Shown here: piece after piece, positions 47,966 to 61,086 of the stretch
Position numbering within the stretch: position 1 is the first letter of the stretch
Layout of the letters: each line of letters begins with the position of its first letter
NCBI RefSeq assembly: GCF_011386835.1
Contig: NC_088791.1
Span: 149,730,001 to 149,794,000 of the forward strand
Source of the DNA: Chrysemys picta bellii
Lineage: Eukaryota
DNA: 64,000 bases
Direction of reading: 5' to 3'
The notes under the pieces: model-generated
Told to the model about the DNA's origin: nothing
What the model saw: only the letters and a program-made list of their open reading frames with translations
Database searches by the model: none
Made by a program: the position numbers and the translations under genes

Positions 47966-50341
47966 CTCCCTCAAGCTCACTGCGAATCAGTGGCAGAGCT
48001 AGGAATAGAAACCAGTTCTGCCTCCCAGGCCTTAGTTGATTCTCTGGGTTCTTGACCAGTACTTTGTGATTATCAAGTGACCCCGTTAGTTAGTTTGCTA
48101 GAGAGGGCCATCAGCCAGCCACATACCTCACCACGGATGCTTGGCTGCCTGAATCTTTGTGTGAACAATACCATTTCTGTCCTCCCAGATTAGCAACTGA
48201 GTCAGAGCCCAGTCCCTGTCACGTGCTCTCTGCCCCGATGAGATCAGTGAATCAGGGGAGGGGGTGGAAAAATGAGGCTGTGAGATTAAAGTGGGCTGGA
48301 GCTGCTGTCATCCCTCCCACCTCTGTGCTGATGGTCCCTTTATGGTTTAACCTTGCAACTGGGAGCTGAGGATCATAAATAACAGGCCCAGACAGAGGGT
48401 CCTGCTGGAATCCTGGTTAGTTTTCTCTTTCCCTTCTCTTGGCACAAGGAAATGTGGCCTAGTGGTTAGAGAAGGAGACTAGCCACCCTGGTGGCAGGTA
48501 GATGCAGAATATCTAAGGGATTAGGACTAGGAATCCAGATCTTGTTTTCTGGCTCTGGGAAGGAGTGCAGTCTGGTAGTTAGAGCAAAGAGAGTGGGATC
48601 ACAGGCTTCTCGGTTTGATCCTTAGCTGTCTTGCTGTGTGACCTAGAGCAAATCACATCACTTCTCTCTGCTTTGGGTTCCCCAGCTGCTAACAGGAAAC
48701 AATAACAACCTCCCTCTACAGGAGGTTGTGAAGTTTAATTAAAGCCTGTCCTGCCGTCAGACCCTCAGCGGGGAAGGGCTTTAGCTGGGCAAAGTCCTTA
48801 GCAACGCACTGGAAGGGAGACTAGCCACTGAGCAGCCCAGTGCAGTTTACGCCTGTGGGACCTGCTGACACTGTGGCTTTCCCATTGCTTTGGCACAGGA
48901 GTGAGGAAACATCAACAAAGCCAGCCTTGTCTCTGTTCACCAGCTAACTATACACACAAGCTGTGTAACTGTGAGCCTTGTCCACCGATGAGACGATGGC
49001 TTTTTTTAGAAACACTTCCATCAGCTGGGCCAGTCACTCAGGTCGGCCACTCCTGCTTTCCTGCCGCAGTCAGTAGCTGGACGTCCCAGAGGCCGCCCTT
49101 GTCTGCACTAGCCTTTTTCACGGCCTATCTGATGCAGCCCCAGTTGTAGAGGGTCACTGTAGACCAGACATTTGCAGCCATTGATGTTTTTACCAGCATC
49201 ACCAGTGCCTAACCCTGCTCTGGTGACATGATGGCACAAAATGTCTGTGTACGATTAGTTCCTCCACCATAGCTACCACTGGTGCAGCTGCATCCCCAGC
49301 AGGTTTCCTGAGAGAGTCTAATGCAGGCACACGACTATGTAGAATGAGTTGTGCTTCCCGTGTGCATGAGGCATGTTTGCTTGTGTAGTATTGTTAACAT
49401 CCTTCCTAACTCACGCTGCACGGGTAGGGGAATGTACCTTAGCCCGTGGCTCTGCACTCTTATCATGCTGAGCGTCACAGCCAGGAGGCTTGAGGCAGGG
49501 CCCTAAGGTCACTAGATGGATTAGGACAAGGGCGGGATTGCTATTTGAACTGATGCAGTTGCTGTCTGCTGAATAACCACGTGGAGCTGAAAATCACAGA
49601 AGCTGGTTGAGTGAATTGAGCAGCCAGATGCCAGATGAATCCTCTGAATGAGTTACCAGAATCCAGTGTTCGGTTGATTTGAGGCAGGTTGGATGTAATT
49701 TCTGCGGGCTGGTCTGCACTTAAGTTACACCAGTATATCTGTGTCCCCTGAGGGGGTGGTTTTTACTCATACAATTATACTGGTAAAAGCCTTAATATGG
49801 GTGCAGTTATACAGGTATCAAGGTGCTTTCTACCAGTAGTGATTCTCCTTCCCTTACAGGAATAGCTCTACCAACATAAGCACCTTTATTCCTATGTAAC
49901 TGCATCTTCACTAGGAGAGTTGTACCACTTTAATTATACTGGTAGACCAGGCCTGAGATAGTGGTATTCAGGCCTGGTCTACACTACACAGTTAGGTTGA
50001 CATAAGGCCGCTTATGTCAACCTAATTACATCAGTGTCTGCACTACAGCCTTCCTCCCGCCTATGTAAGTGCCCCACTACTCTGACATAATAACTCCACC
50101 TCCACGAGAGGCATAGGGCTTATGTTGGCATAGTTAGGGCAACGCAGTGTCTGTGTAGACACTGGGATCCTTACATCGGCTCCCAGCTCCCCATCTGGGC
50201 TGCTGCCAGGTCTCCACTCCAAGCCTGGCTGCCACCCAGGCTCCCCACAGGGAATCCTGCTGCCTCCCAGGGTCCTGGCTCTATGCTGGGAGTCCTGCTG
50301 CACTGAGGTTCTGGACTCCTGGCTGGGAGCCCAGCTGCACC

Positions 50342-50731
50342 CAGGGCCGGTTCTACCATTAAGACAAACTAGGCGGTTGCCTAGGGCACAAGATTTGGGG
50401 GTGCCAAAAAGTGATGCCCCCAATTTTTTTTTACCGCGTTCCTACGCCCCCTCCCGAGCGCGTGGTCGCCGCTTCAATTCTCCCGCCTCCCAGGCTTGCA
50501 GCGCCAATCAGCTGTTTGGCGCCACAAGCCTGGGAGGGGAGGAGAATTAGAGCGGGGGCGGCGTGCTCGGGGAGGAGGCGGAGCAGAGGTGAACTGGGGT
50601 GGGGAGCTGCCGCACAGCTCCCCGGGGGAGGGGGAGCTGCCATGGGGGGGGGCCTCATGGCGGGGGGGGCGGGGAGCTGCCGCAGGGCGGGGGGGGGGGG
50701 TAAGGCGCGAAACTTCCTTGCACCGTCCCTG
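50342..50731 (-). mobile_element. hAT MITE (inverted sister of 43029-43430), perfect 8-bp TSD
   Basis: GCTGCACC at 50334-50341 and 50732-50739. Confidence 0.92.
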
Positions 50732-50965
50732 GCTGCACCCCTGAGCTCTTGGCTCCCCACTCCCCACCAGGAGCACGGCAGCTGACAGGACTCCAGGTGC
50801 AGATCTCCCCACCAGAGAGTGGCTTCCCCCAGCTCCTGGCTGGGAGGGGGAAGGTCAGAAGCCCGGGGTGTAGCTGGGCTCCTGGTGGGGAGCTGCACGG
50901 AACTGAAAGCCCTGACACTCAGCACCCCACACTGCCCCTCTTCAGTCTGTGGAAGCTCTTAGTGA

Positions 50966-51077
50966 AGGGTTTTAGCCCACGAAAGCTTATGCCCAAATAC
51001 ATATGTGAGTCTCTAAGGTGCCATAAGGACTCCTCGTTCTTTTTGCTGATACAGACTAACACGGCTACCACTCTGAA
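50966..51077 (+). mobile_element. Penelope-like terminal fragment, 10-bp TSD, begins inside hammerhead stem II
   Basis: CTCTTAGTGA at 50956-50965 and 51078-51087; contains cccacgaaagcttatgc. Confidence 0.85.
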
Positions 51078-52659
51078 CTCTTAGTGAGGACACACACCAC
51101 TGACAGGAGGGTAGAGTGGACATCTGCCACCGCAGTAATTACCTAATATAATAACGTAACTTGATTTAAGATTGTAGTGTAAACATGCCCTCAATTTCAG
51201 GAAGATAACAGGCTCAGTGAAGATAAGATTGCCCATTAGCACCTCGTTAAGGAAGTGCTATGAGCTCTGAAGGTGGCCAGAACTCCCTCCGAAGTGGTGA
51301 ACCAGCTGGATCAGTGGCCCAGAATGTATTTATGGGTGGAGCCGACTGAAAATGGTGTTCGAGGAGAAATACTGAATTAAAATTGTATTTGATCTTGTAT
51401 CTCCACTAGAAGCATCCAGTGCAGCTCCAGGAGTTAAAATTCTTCCTTTGGTTGCATCAATGCTAACCTACTTTGTCTGGCTTCTCCGGTCATTCCCCCA
51501 TCCCCATTCCCCTGCAGGAAGCCTCACTGATCACCCATACGTTCCCATTGTAGCAGTGTAAAGCAGCAACTCCATGTCAGTCAGATTATCTTGGGCCTTT
51601 GACCTCACTCCTCTTATTTCAGGAACAACTTTACACAGCACCTGAGCATCTTGCTCTGACCCTGCCTATGACTGTTCTGTCCATAGTATCTTATGTACCT
51701 AAATCTAAAGAGAAATAGTAACAACAGCGATTTCTGTCTATGGTATCCATGCCATGGTTTCCAGTCTGTCCTTGCTGGATGAGGGGTTTAGCCTCGGCCA
51801 ATACGCTAGGAGGTAGCAAAATCTTTACCTTCCTACCTGTAAAAATGACTTACAGTAAATGCAGTGTTCTCGGCTGAAACATTTAAGTGATGCTCATTAC
51901 TGACGAATCGCAATCCAAATATGCTTAAGTGCAGCTGCATGTTTCTCCCATACTTCCAAAGGACACGTGCGTTAGGGAATGGAGTGTGGTTTGACAGAAG
52001 GGCCATGGGCAGCATAATTCCTAAATCATGTAATTTCTTCTATCCAAATATCACTTAAGTGGTGCCCCTTTCAGGTTGGCAAGTCAACCCGTTCCTCAAG
52101 TTGAAGCAGGGCATCTCATACTCAGTGGTACAACCCTTCTCCAAACTGGAGCTGCTAGGGAGCAGACCCCAACACAGACTTATATAAATGCTAGACACTA
52201 AGTACACCATCTAAAGCAGACTTCTGTGCCATAGGCCTTCCTGTGGGTCCAGGATATCTCCCTGGAGGAGTCTGATTCAATGTAAATGTCTGACATATAT
52301 AACCCTGGCCTGCTCCCATCTGTTTCATGGTGTTTAATGGGAATTAGATCAGCTCTGTGAGCTAAAGAAAGACACAGACAATTTAATAATATTGGATCTA
52401 AATAATAAATACGCGATTGTGTAACAAAAGAAGTTGAACACCCCTGCACATGCAAAGAGATCTGCAGCCAATCATACCTTCTGCCCAAGGATCTCAATGA
52501 CTATAGGAGATCTTGAATATATATTAAGGTAAAGAACTGCCTGGCTGGATGCCTACACAGAACTGGCTAAGTGCTGTCAAAGTGGCCTGTCCCAACTTGT
52601 TGCTTCTTCAGCATCTCTCTCTACTTTAGATTGTCCAAAGTCCTGGCGAGGAACCGAAG

Positions 52660-52832
52660 ACTGAATCTTCCAAGGCCAGAAGGGACCATTCTGAGCATCT
52701 AGTCTGACCTCCTGTAGAACATAGGCCATAGAACTTCCCCCAAATAATTCCCTATTTACTAGTGCACGTCAGTGATGGAGAATCCACCCCGACCCTTGGC
52801 AAACAGTCCCAGTGGCTAATAACCCTCATTGT
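52660..52832 (-). mobile_element. CR1 LINE 3' fragment
   Basis: aaggccagaagggaccatt..atctagtctgacctcctgt..ggagaatccacc, the reverse of a CR1 3' end. Confidence 0.7.
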
Positions 52833-55519
52833 ATATGTCATGGGATCAGAAGAACCTCACTGGTTGTCATAGGGATCCAGTGGGATGTGATGAGTGACCA
52901 GTGAGGGTGGCAGGGAGGACTTTTGAACTGGCCATCAGGTGAGTCCTTTTCCTGCCCCTCCATTCTCTGACATGTACCGCTGGGACAGTCAATCGTCATC
53001 ATTTCTATACCAGTGGTTTGTGCCTTCTTTTAGCGCTCAGCTGTCATACCCATCACTGCTCCAGACGTGGTGGTGGAAGACTTTGAACATCCTCAAGGTT
53101 TTGAACTTTTATCCTCCTGTAATCTGCGTCTTTACTGTATTGTGGAAACTGATTAACTTGGCAGCTTCCATCCCTGGAAGGAAATGTTCCTCCAGCGGTT
53201 AAATATTCACTCCCCATTGCATACAGAATAGCAATGACAGCCAGCCAGGCTACCGGTGCATGTAAACTGGATTTTCTCTCACATCAAACACAAGTAAAAA
53301 TGACACCACAAACCAGCTGCAGCCAGGCACTGGAGGGTGCCCAGCAAATATTAACCTCCAAACTCTGTCTGCCATGATAGCCCAAGGGCAAGATCGTCAG
53401 CTAGTGTAAATCAGCATAGTGCCATTACTTCACTGGAACTGCACCAATTCACACCAGATGAGGATCTGGCCCCAAATCTATAAGCTTTCTGGTTCCTCCT
53501 TTAAGACGCTCACCTTGGCACCCCATGCAAACACCTTGGTTCCAATGTACATTTTCAAGGACCAGCAAGTGCTGCATTCCTAGTAATCTGGCATTTCCAG
53601 CTTCCACAAACCCAGTGCTTGCAAAAGCACTTTGTGTAGGACATCTCTGACTGTTGCACTAGCCCCAGCATAGCTACTGAAGGCCTAAGGTAGACATGGT
53701 ACAGGTGTTTATCATAGAATCATCATTCTATGAACTTACTGAGTAACCAGCGTCACTTTTTGTAACCCCCTGGGCTTCTCAGAGCAACCTCACGTCCAAG
53801 GGCTGAATGAGCCTGAGCCTGCTCCGCTCGTAGGCGCAGATGAGAGCCCAGCCTGATCAAACCAGTCTGCTCTCTCCTCATTCTTAATAGGCAGCCAGGT
53901 GATTTTCCTGTGTCCTCCGGCTCTCTTTTATTCCTTGCGCTGCCACAATAGAATTTCATTTATTAACTTCTTGAGCAGCAAAAATATATTCCATTGTGCT
54001 GTGCTAATCCTCAGGCCAATCCCACGCCAGCACACGAGAGGCGGAGACTGTGCTCACGTGAGCTTCCCAGGGCCCCAGGCAGTGGAAATTTCTCAAGCGC
54101 CACTCATTAACTAAAGAGATGGCAGTTATGTAAGGGTCCCATGAGGGAGGCAGGAATGCGGGCGGCCTTCACTCAATGAAGGGGTTAGACGCGCATCACT
54201 GAACTTGACGGGCCTGGGAGAAAAAGGTCCTGAAACCTTTGCTTGTTCTAGGACTTAACCAGAAAAGGTTTAGCCATAAAACCTTAATGCCCTGCCAGTA
54301 GTGCGTGGGCCTGCGGTGTCAGCTTTATGGATTGGCCTTGGAAGGTTACATGGTTGATAAATAGAGGCGGCTCTTTGGCAATATGCAGCAGTCACATGGA
54401 GAATAAAACCTGCAGCAGGCCAGTGGGTTGGGGGTGAGGCTTAGGGGGGTCCTTCTTTTCTAGGGCACTTCCTGCAGTTCTCTTCTCATTCCGGCTGCCA
54501 CCGCTCCCCCTGTAGTTTAGTGAAAGTAGGATCCTGATCTGGCCCCAAAACTAAACCCCCCACCAAAGACATTTTGCAGTAACAGAATCAAACTGATCTT
54601 TGGTTCTGTCCCTCCTTATCTGAGCCTGAACTGGAATCATTTCTCTGACCTCTCCAAAAAACACTGGAATTTTGGGTCCTGGCTTTACATCATTCCTGGT
54701 TTGGGGGGGTGTGAAACGAAACCCCAGCTGATGAGGTTTAGCAGAATGAACCCCAAACAGTCCCAATTTCACTTTCACTTTTTACCATTCATCCACCAGG
54801 CTTCCAAACCTAGACACAGAATAACCTGCTTCAGTCTATTGAGCTTGTTTGGTAGGGCCGTGATGTTTACCTGGCTGCACCCCAGAAGCCTCAAGATATA
54901 GGGACCAGCTATCCGGCACCCCTGACAAACAGTGAGGGGGACCCAAGGGCCAGGGAATTAGCAGAGATGAGGGATCTAGCTAGTAGGCCCCACGAAAGAG
55001 AAAAAAATGTAAGTGGCAGGGGTTGGCTGGGGGAACCAGTGCTTGGAGAATGAGATCGGGTGCGGGCTGTGTGAGCAGCATCAGCCCAAGTTCATTCCAC
55101 ATTCATTGATCTGGGTTGAGTTTTGAGGTTGCCACAGAACTACAAATACACCCGGGTTTGGGGTGGGTTTAGAATCAGCACGATCAATGATGCCCCTATA
55201 GCACACCCTGCTTGTGATACGTGAGCAGTATTGACAGAGGTGCCAGTTGGTATCTGCTTGGATTGTTTCTTTGTTTCCCAGTGGCAGTAACTCAGTAGAA
55301 AATCTGTTGGACTGAATGGACAATTCCCATGTGGAATTACATTACTGGCAGGATGGGCTGTCAGACTATATTTTTGGTGAGGGTGGTGATGGGGAGATGT
55401 GCAGATGACAGAGGTCAAACACATCCGCTCTCCTTAACCAGAGAGCATCACCGCAGCTGGAGGAATTGCCTGCAGTACTTGTAGCATAGGGCCTTGCTGC
55501 TAGGTTGTTCCTCTGGATG

Positions 55520-55920
55520 TGTAATCATCTCTGATTTTGTAAGCTAAACAGGCCTGGGCCTGGTTAGTACTTTGCTGGAAGACCCCATGGTGGTCACTCT
55601 AATTCAGTAGAAAACTGGTGGCCCCCAGGGGTGCTGGTGCCGCTGGAAGCACATTCGTTCAGATAAGATAAGATACTAAGACAATGGTCACAAGGGTCAT
55701 TAAAGGTGCTATGGAGTTTTGGGCAAGAGTAGGGGTATTTAGTCCTGGTTTTCTTGCAAGATTCCTATTTGGCTGATTGAATTCTTCTCTAAAACTCCTC
55801 CTGTGGAGTCCTCTGGATACAGACGCAGCCCAAAGGTGGCTGCATTTGGATGCTGAGTGGTTCTGTAAGATAATACTCCGAACATATGTAGTGCTTTACA
55901 CGTTCAAAGCACTGTACAAA
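55520..55920 (+). mobile_element. AmnSINE1 (5S rRNA-derived ancient SINE)
   Basis: 5S-like head gatttTgtAAGCTAAaCAGGcCtGGGCCTGGTTAGTACTT..GgAGACC (55526-55586), then ggtcattaaag..gagtaggggt..cctgg..cccaaaggtggctgcattt. Confidence 0.75.
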
Positions 55921-58443
55921 TATTTCTTCACGAGGCAGGCAGGTGTTACTATCAATCCAATGTTATTGATGGAGAAACTGAGGCAGGGGCAAAGTGTCTT
56001 GGCCAAGGGCACGCAGCAAGTCAGCCGAAGAGCCAGGATTAGAAGCTGGGACTTCCTGACTCCCTGTTCTGTGCTTACCTTTCTAACTCCCACTGCCTAA
56101 TACTCAGTAGAGTCCTTCCGGGTTCTCCTGAATGAACGCTGCTCGGTAAATGAACAGGTTGTGCTTAATTATTTTACAGGGAGATTTAATTATTCATCCC
56201 ATCCTTATAATTTGATCTCCGTATAAATCTGCTGGGGAGCAGAGATGGGATCCGTGTGCAATAGGAACAAGCAAGTCCATTTACCGTGACCTGATTTCCT
56301 CCTGCTGGGAAGCTGCCCTGAGCTGGGACAGTTTGCACTTTGCCGCTCCCTGCATCTGATTGAGTAACCAGATTACTCTCCATAAAAGCAGAGACTGGAG
56401 CAGCCAGATGAAAATGATACAGATATGCAAATGACATTGATTTTCACAACTAGCCTCCCGAGCTGTTATTCCGGGTACAGAGCCATTTCCTTATCAGAAA
56501 GTACATTCCTAATAGGAGCCTTTATGAGCCAACCAGGGAATATTTTAAACCTACCTTTGGCATTTCAAGGCTAACTCAATTTCTCCTAGTCTCAAGATGA
56601 AATATTAACTTCTGTATTGGGTACAAAGGCCCCGGCAGGCTGTAAAGCAGCAACCTTGCAGGGAGAATGAGAAGCCTGGCTGCAGGGTGGAGAAAGGGAG
56701 AGGCTGCACAGGGGCCAGCAGCTTTCAATCCAGTTTAAGGTCTTGGGCATTTTCTTTTCTCTGTGTCGGCAGGGGTGAGAGGTCACAGATGGGAGATACC
56801 CACCTAGGGTGGCCCTTTCTGGGGAGGATTTAATTCCTTAGGGCTTGTGTTATGAGATCCTTGGATGACCGGCTCTTTGCACCTGCAGAATTATTGTGCT
56901 GGGCTTCCTGGGGTTTTTTTTTGGTAGATAATGCCAAGCTTAACTAGCCCTGTGCCTATAATCTGAGGTGGGTGGAAGAATCATAGATGAGTGACACAAA
57001 ACTGAGATCCCCAGGATACCGAGTTGACTAATGCCAAACTGAAGTGGCCCTGTGCTGGTGTTCTCAAAGCAGAGGGATATCCTATGGGTGATGCCAAACT
57101 GAAGAGACTCTGTGTTGTGAGGCTGGGAGGGTCATGGAGGTAACCTCAATTATATCCCGACTGACACTGCGCTTCTGTATAGCAAACCTCACGAGTGCCT
57201 TCTGAGCTGGGCCGGGGTTACTACCAGCCTGGTGTCACAGAAGGGAAACAGAAGCACAGAGAGGCGATGTTACTTGGGCAAGGTCACACAGTGAGCCAGT
57301 GGCAGAACTCAGCATGGAACCCAGGAGTCCTGACTCCCAAGTCCCTTGATCTAACCACGAGACTGGCTGCTTCTCTGAATGTTATGGAAATAGCCAATAC
57401 ACAGCATGCGCTTGAAGCTGGTTTTTATCGATGCTGGGAGGAGAGCTCTGGGGACACTAAGTCTGGGCTGTGTTTGGCTCTGAGGGCTTTCTGTGAACCT
57501 TGATTGAAAGTGTTCCCCACTGATTCATTGGTGCCCCACAGCGCCTTCACGACGGCTCGGCTGCCATTAAGAACCAGCCTTTGTTCAATGTGAATTTCAA
57601 CCGCTAGTGTTGGATACAGATCTAATTCGCAGGTACTGACCTACTGCTCAGCTAGCCGGGCACCCCTACAGGTTCAAAGGAAGCCCATTGGGCCTCTTGA
57701 AAATGAGTGCAGAGAGTTTATACTGGGGGATGAGTTATTCAATGGTTACCTTGTTCCCGTCTTTAAGGAGGCAGCAGTGGAGCGCTTCCTCAGGGAAGTC
57801 ACTAACTGGCAAGCTCAGCAGTGAACAAACACCCGAGCTGGTTCTAAACAGGTTCGCTGCACTGAAAGTGGACAAAGCACCACGTCCTGGTAACCCCCAC
57901 CCACAAAAGGAGAATAACAAAATCGGTTAATCTTTAATGGACATTTAACACACTGTCTAAAAGGAGGGAGTGCTGGTTGGTGGTTAGAGATGGGAGGGCC
58001 AGAACTTCAGGGATATGTCTACACAGCCTCTGGGAGGTGTCATTCCCATCTCAAGTAGATGTACCTGCTTTACCTCTGCTCTAGCTAGCACATAAAAATA
58101 GCCATGTGGCCAAGCCAGCCCGACGGTGGGCTGGGCTAGCCACCTGACTACATACCCAGGAAGCTGAGCAGGATTGTCCTCTGGCTGCCTGCCCAAACCA
58201 CTGCCTGTGCCGCCGCAGACACGTGGGTATTTTTAGCCCTGTGCTAGCTAGCACCTAGCGTGTATATGTCTACCCAAGCTGGGAACTACACCTCCCCGTG
58301 GCTTCAAAGATACGCCTGCTGTGAGGTTATAAACTCAATTTGATGAATCTTGTAGACTTAGAATTTCCACAAGCGAATGACAGGTAAATGAGATCAGCAG
58401 CTGAGGTGAAGAGCCTTGGATGGGACAGGGTGTTGGTTTGGGG

Positions 58444-58557
58444 TAGGGTGACCAGATGTCCCGATTTCATAAGGCCAGTCCCGATTTTTGGGCCTTTTTC
58501 TTATATAGGCCTCCCACCCCCATCCCGATTTTTCACATTTACTGTCTGGTCACCCTA
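58444..58557. mobile_element. hAT MITE (TAGGGTGACCAGA TIRs)
   Basis: TSD gtttgggg / gtttggag. Confidence 0.9.
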
Positions 58558-58599
58558 GTTTGGAGAGAGAACTGTTTTACGAGCACAGGGCAGAGGAAA

Positions 58600-59030
58600 A
58601 CCAAATTGTTTATGCTGGAAATGGGAGTATAGGGAGATATTAAAAACAAGGCCCGGAGGTAATGCTAAACTTGGTGACAAAGCACATAATGAGGGACAGA
58701 CACTACAATCGGATTCCAAAGGATTTGGGCTGTTTGGAGGATTAAGCAGCATATGAAAAATACAGTTCAGCCTAGACCAATAGTAAGTAAATAGCCTGTG
58801 GGCAAGGGATTAATGTCTAGGGGATATGTGGTGAATACAATACAGCACATGGTAAGTTTGAGTAGTGCTTTGGGTACAAGCTGTATGCCTCAATGGTTGA
58901 CGGAGTTATTACAGTGTGGACACTGAAACTACCAATCCACTGCACAGAAGCAATGAAAAAGGCTGAGCAGACAGTAGATGATACGAGCAAAGGGGAGTGT
59001 ACAGAGCAAATTAGCTGATGGCGTTACTGA
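58600..59030 (+). mobile_element. Ancient CR1/L3 ORF2 remnant
   Basis: Degenerate ..aaacttggtg..ggattccaaaggatttggg..tttggaggatt.. resembling the KLG..IQKDLDRLEDW segment of CR1 RT. Confidence 0.5.
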
Positions 59031-60757
59031 CCCGGGGCCCATCTGCAAGACTGGATGGGCTATGCTGGGTCACAGATTGGGTGGGGGGGGGGAGTGTAGA
59101 AGGAAGGTATGGAACAGGGCCTGGAGCATGGCAGACTACACAGGCTTTTCCAGGCTCTGCGGAGTCACCTGTTCTGTTCATCTGTTCCTCCTTTTGTTTC
59201 TCCTTCCCCAGCAGTATGATGGAGTGAGCCCGGGCACAAAGCACTGTACGTGCCCTGTTTCCCTGCTCGCCAGGGCAAGGTTCTTAGCTTTATCGGGGCA
59301 TTTGACCAGAGCTATGACTCTCACCAAAGAGTGGAAACGGCAGAAGCAAAGGAGAGTGAATGAGCCTGCCTTTCCTAAATGCTGCACCATGGTGGAGTCC
59401 AGGAACGGGACTGAGGAGTAGACAAGCCAGTAGTAATATTACCTCTGTCCACTAACCATTGTATGTCTACATTCCAAGCTGGAGATGTAAATTCCAAAAC
59501 ACCAGGTAGATAGTCAGGGTGGTTAGCCGCTCTCACCGCTCACTCCTCATGGCTGCGCTCTATTTTTAATGCGCTGGCTCGTTGGGGTATGTCTCCTCGA
59601 GCTGGGAATTCAAGTGTAGACATCCCCAGAGCGTGAGAGAGAGAGGAGAGCTTAACAGATCTGGCCTCTAATCCTCCCAGCTGTAGTGGATCCAGGGGCC
59701 CCATAAGGTTTCATATGGCAAATGTTGGACATTGCGTTGGGATGCAGTGATGCTATTCAGTATGCAAACGGAACAGAGTGGAATAAAACTGTGTGCACTT
59801 GGGCTCCCCTTCCTCTTTATTTATGGTCTCTAGAATTCCTTAGCTTCGGGCACTGTACGCGCCCTGTTGATTCAGCCCAAGTAGACAGGAAACATCTACA
59901 CTGCAATAAAAGACCCGCAGCACGGCCTTGGCTGACCCTGGTCAGCTGACTCGGGCGTGCAGGGCTCGAGCTGTGGGCTATCAAATTGCAGTGTGGATGT
60001 TCAGGCTCGGGGTGGGGCTTGGGCTCTGAGACTCCCGTGCCATGGGTTTTGTCACAGTATAGACATACCCTGAATGGGCGATGGGAACAGTGGTTTGTTC
60101 TGGCTTGCAAATATAATGGGCCAAAGTTAGCCACAGTGTTACTCCCGTGACATCTTTGAGGTCACTGCAGTGATGAATCCTGCCCAGTGACCCTCTAATG
60201 TGGTTCTTTCACTAGCCAGAAAGGACAGGAACAAATATTAGTTTGAGCTGATTATGAATGTCTTCATCTCACTGTGAGCAGTGCACTGTACTTGCAACAA
60301 TGCCATGCCTCACAGGCTCAGAGCCCTGCCGTTCCAGCTTCCTGCTGGCTCCTGGAGGGCTGCCAAGTTTCGCTCCTGTCGATCTCTTGCTATCAGCGAA
60401 GGAAGAAAGAGCCAGTGCCCCGCTCAACAGGACTTTGCTCTCCCAACGGCAGGGAGCTTATGAACCACCGGCCGCTGCAGAGGCTGGAGTGGCATACGGG
60501 CTCTGGTGAACTCAGCTACGCAAGAATGCACCCAAATTAAGGGCTCCGCTGAGAAGGCTTTTCAGCGAGATTTCATCATTTGTGAATGGAGCCCTGGGGG
60601 TGGGGTTGGGGGCTGCATGGAGTGATATATATTGGCTATGGGTGCGATTTTATTTGTATAGAGAAAGACACAGAGTTTTAACCATCCACTGTGCTTTATG
60701 CTTTCAGTCTACGGACGCGCCCAGCTGCACTCCCAGGATTCTGGGTGACATAGTGCA

Positions 60758-61086
60758 CAAATAAAAACTATTTCCCCATGTTAATTTTCCCCCTACTGTT
60801 ACTTACACCTTCTTGTCAGCTGTTTGAAATGGGCCACCCTGATTATCACTACAAAAGTTTTTTTTTCTCCTGCTGATAATAGCCCACCTTAATCAATTAG
60901 TCTCATTAGAGTTGGTATGGCAACACCCATTTTTTCATGTTCTCTGTATATATATATATCTATATATATATATATCTTCCTTCTGTATTTTTCACTGCAT
61001 GCATCTGATGAAGTGGGCTTTAGCCCACAAAAGCTTATGCTCAGATAAATTTGTTAGTCTCTAAGGTGCCACAAGTACTCCTTGTT
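60758..61086 (+). mobile_element. Penelope-like terminal (pseudo-LTR) fragment with 8-9 bp TSD
   Basis: (C)ATAGTGCA at 60749-60757 and 61087-61095; internal (TA)n; carries the hammerhead motif. Confidence 0.85.
61001..61040 (+). ncRNA. Minimal type I hammerhead ribozyme-like motif (G12A mutation)
   Basis: GCAT-CTGATGA-a-GTGGG-ctttag-CCCAC-AAA(GAA in the other copies)-AGCT-T-ATGC. Confidence 0.6.

Larger units (their letters stand above)
49971..51190. mobile_element. Harbinger MITE with 3-bp TSD (TCA) hosting two nested insertions
   Basis: ggcctggtctacacta ... tagtgtaaacatgccc; TCA on both sides. Confidence 0.8.

Noticed and set aside
48481-48498. Third CTCF site (agccaccctggtggcagg)
   Set aside because: One-base spacing mismatch to the core and embedded in MIR-like sequence.
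51699-51836. 138-nt minus-strand exon with open phase-1 frame
   Set aside because: No recognisable protein similarity and no neighbouring minus-strand exons; plausible by chance.
55526-55586. 5S rRNA gene
   Set aside because: Partial, diverged and continuous with the AmnSINE1 body.
58978-59421. 147-aa ORF with internal strong acceptor near 59214
   Set aside because: The 5' part overlaps a CR1 remnant, the peptide is unrecognisable and no consistent donor is present.
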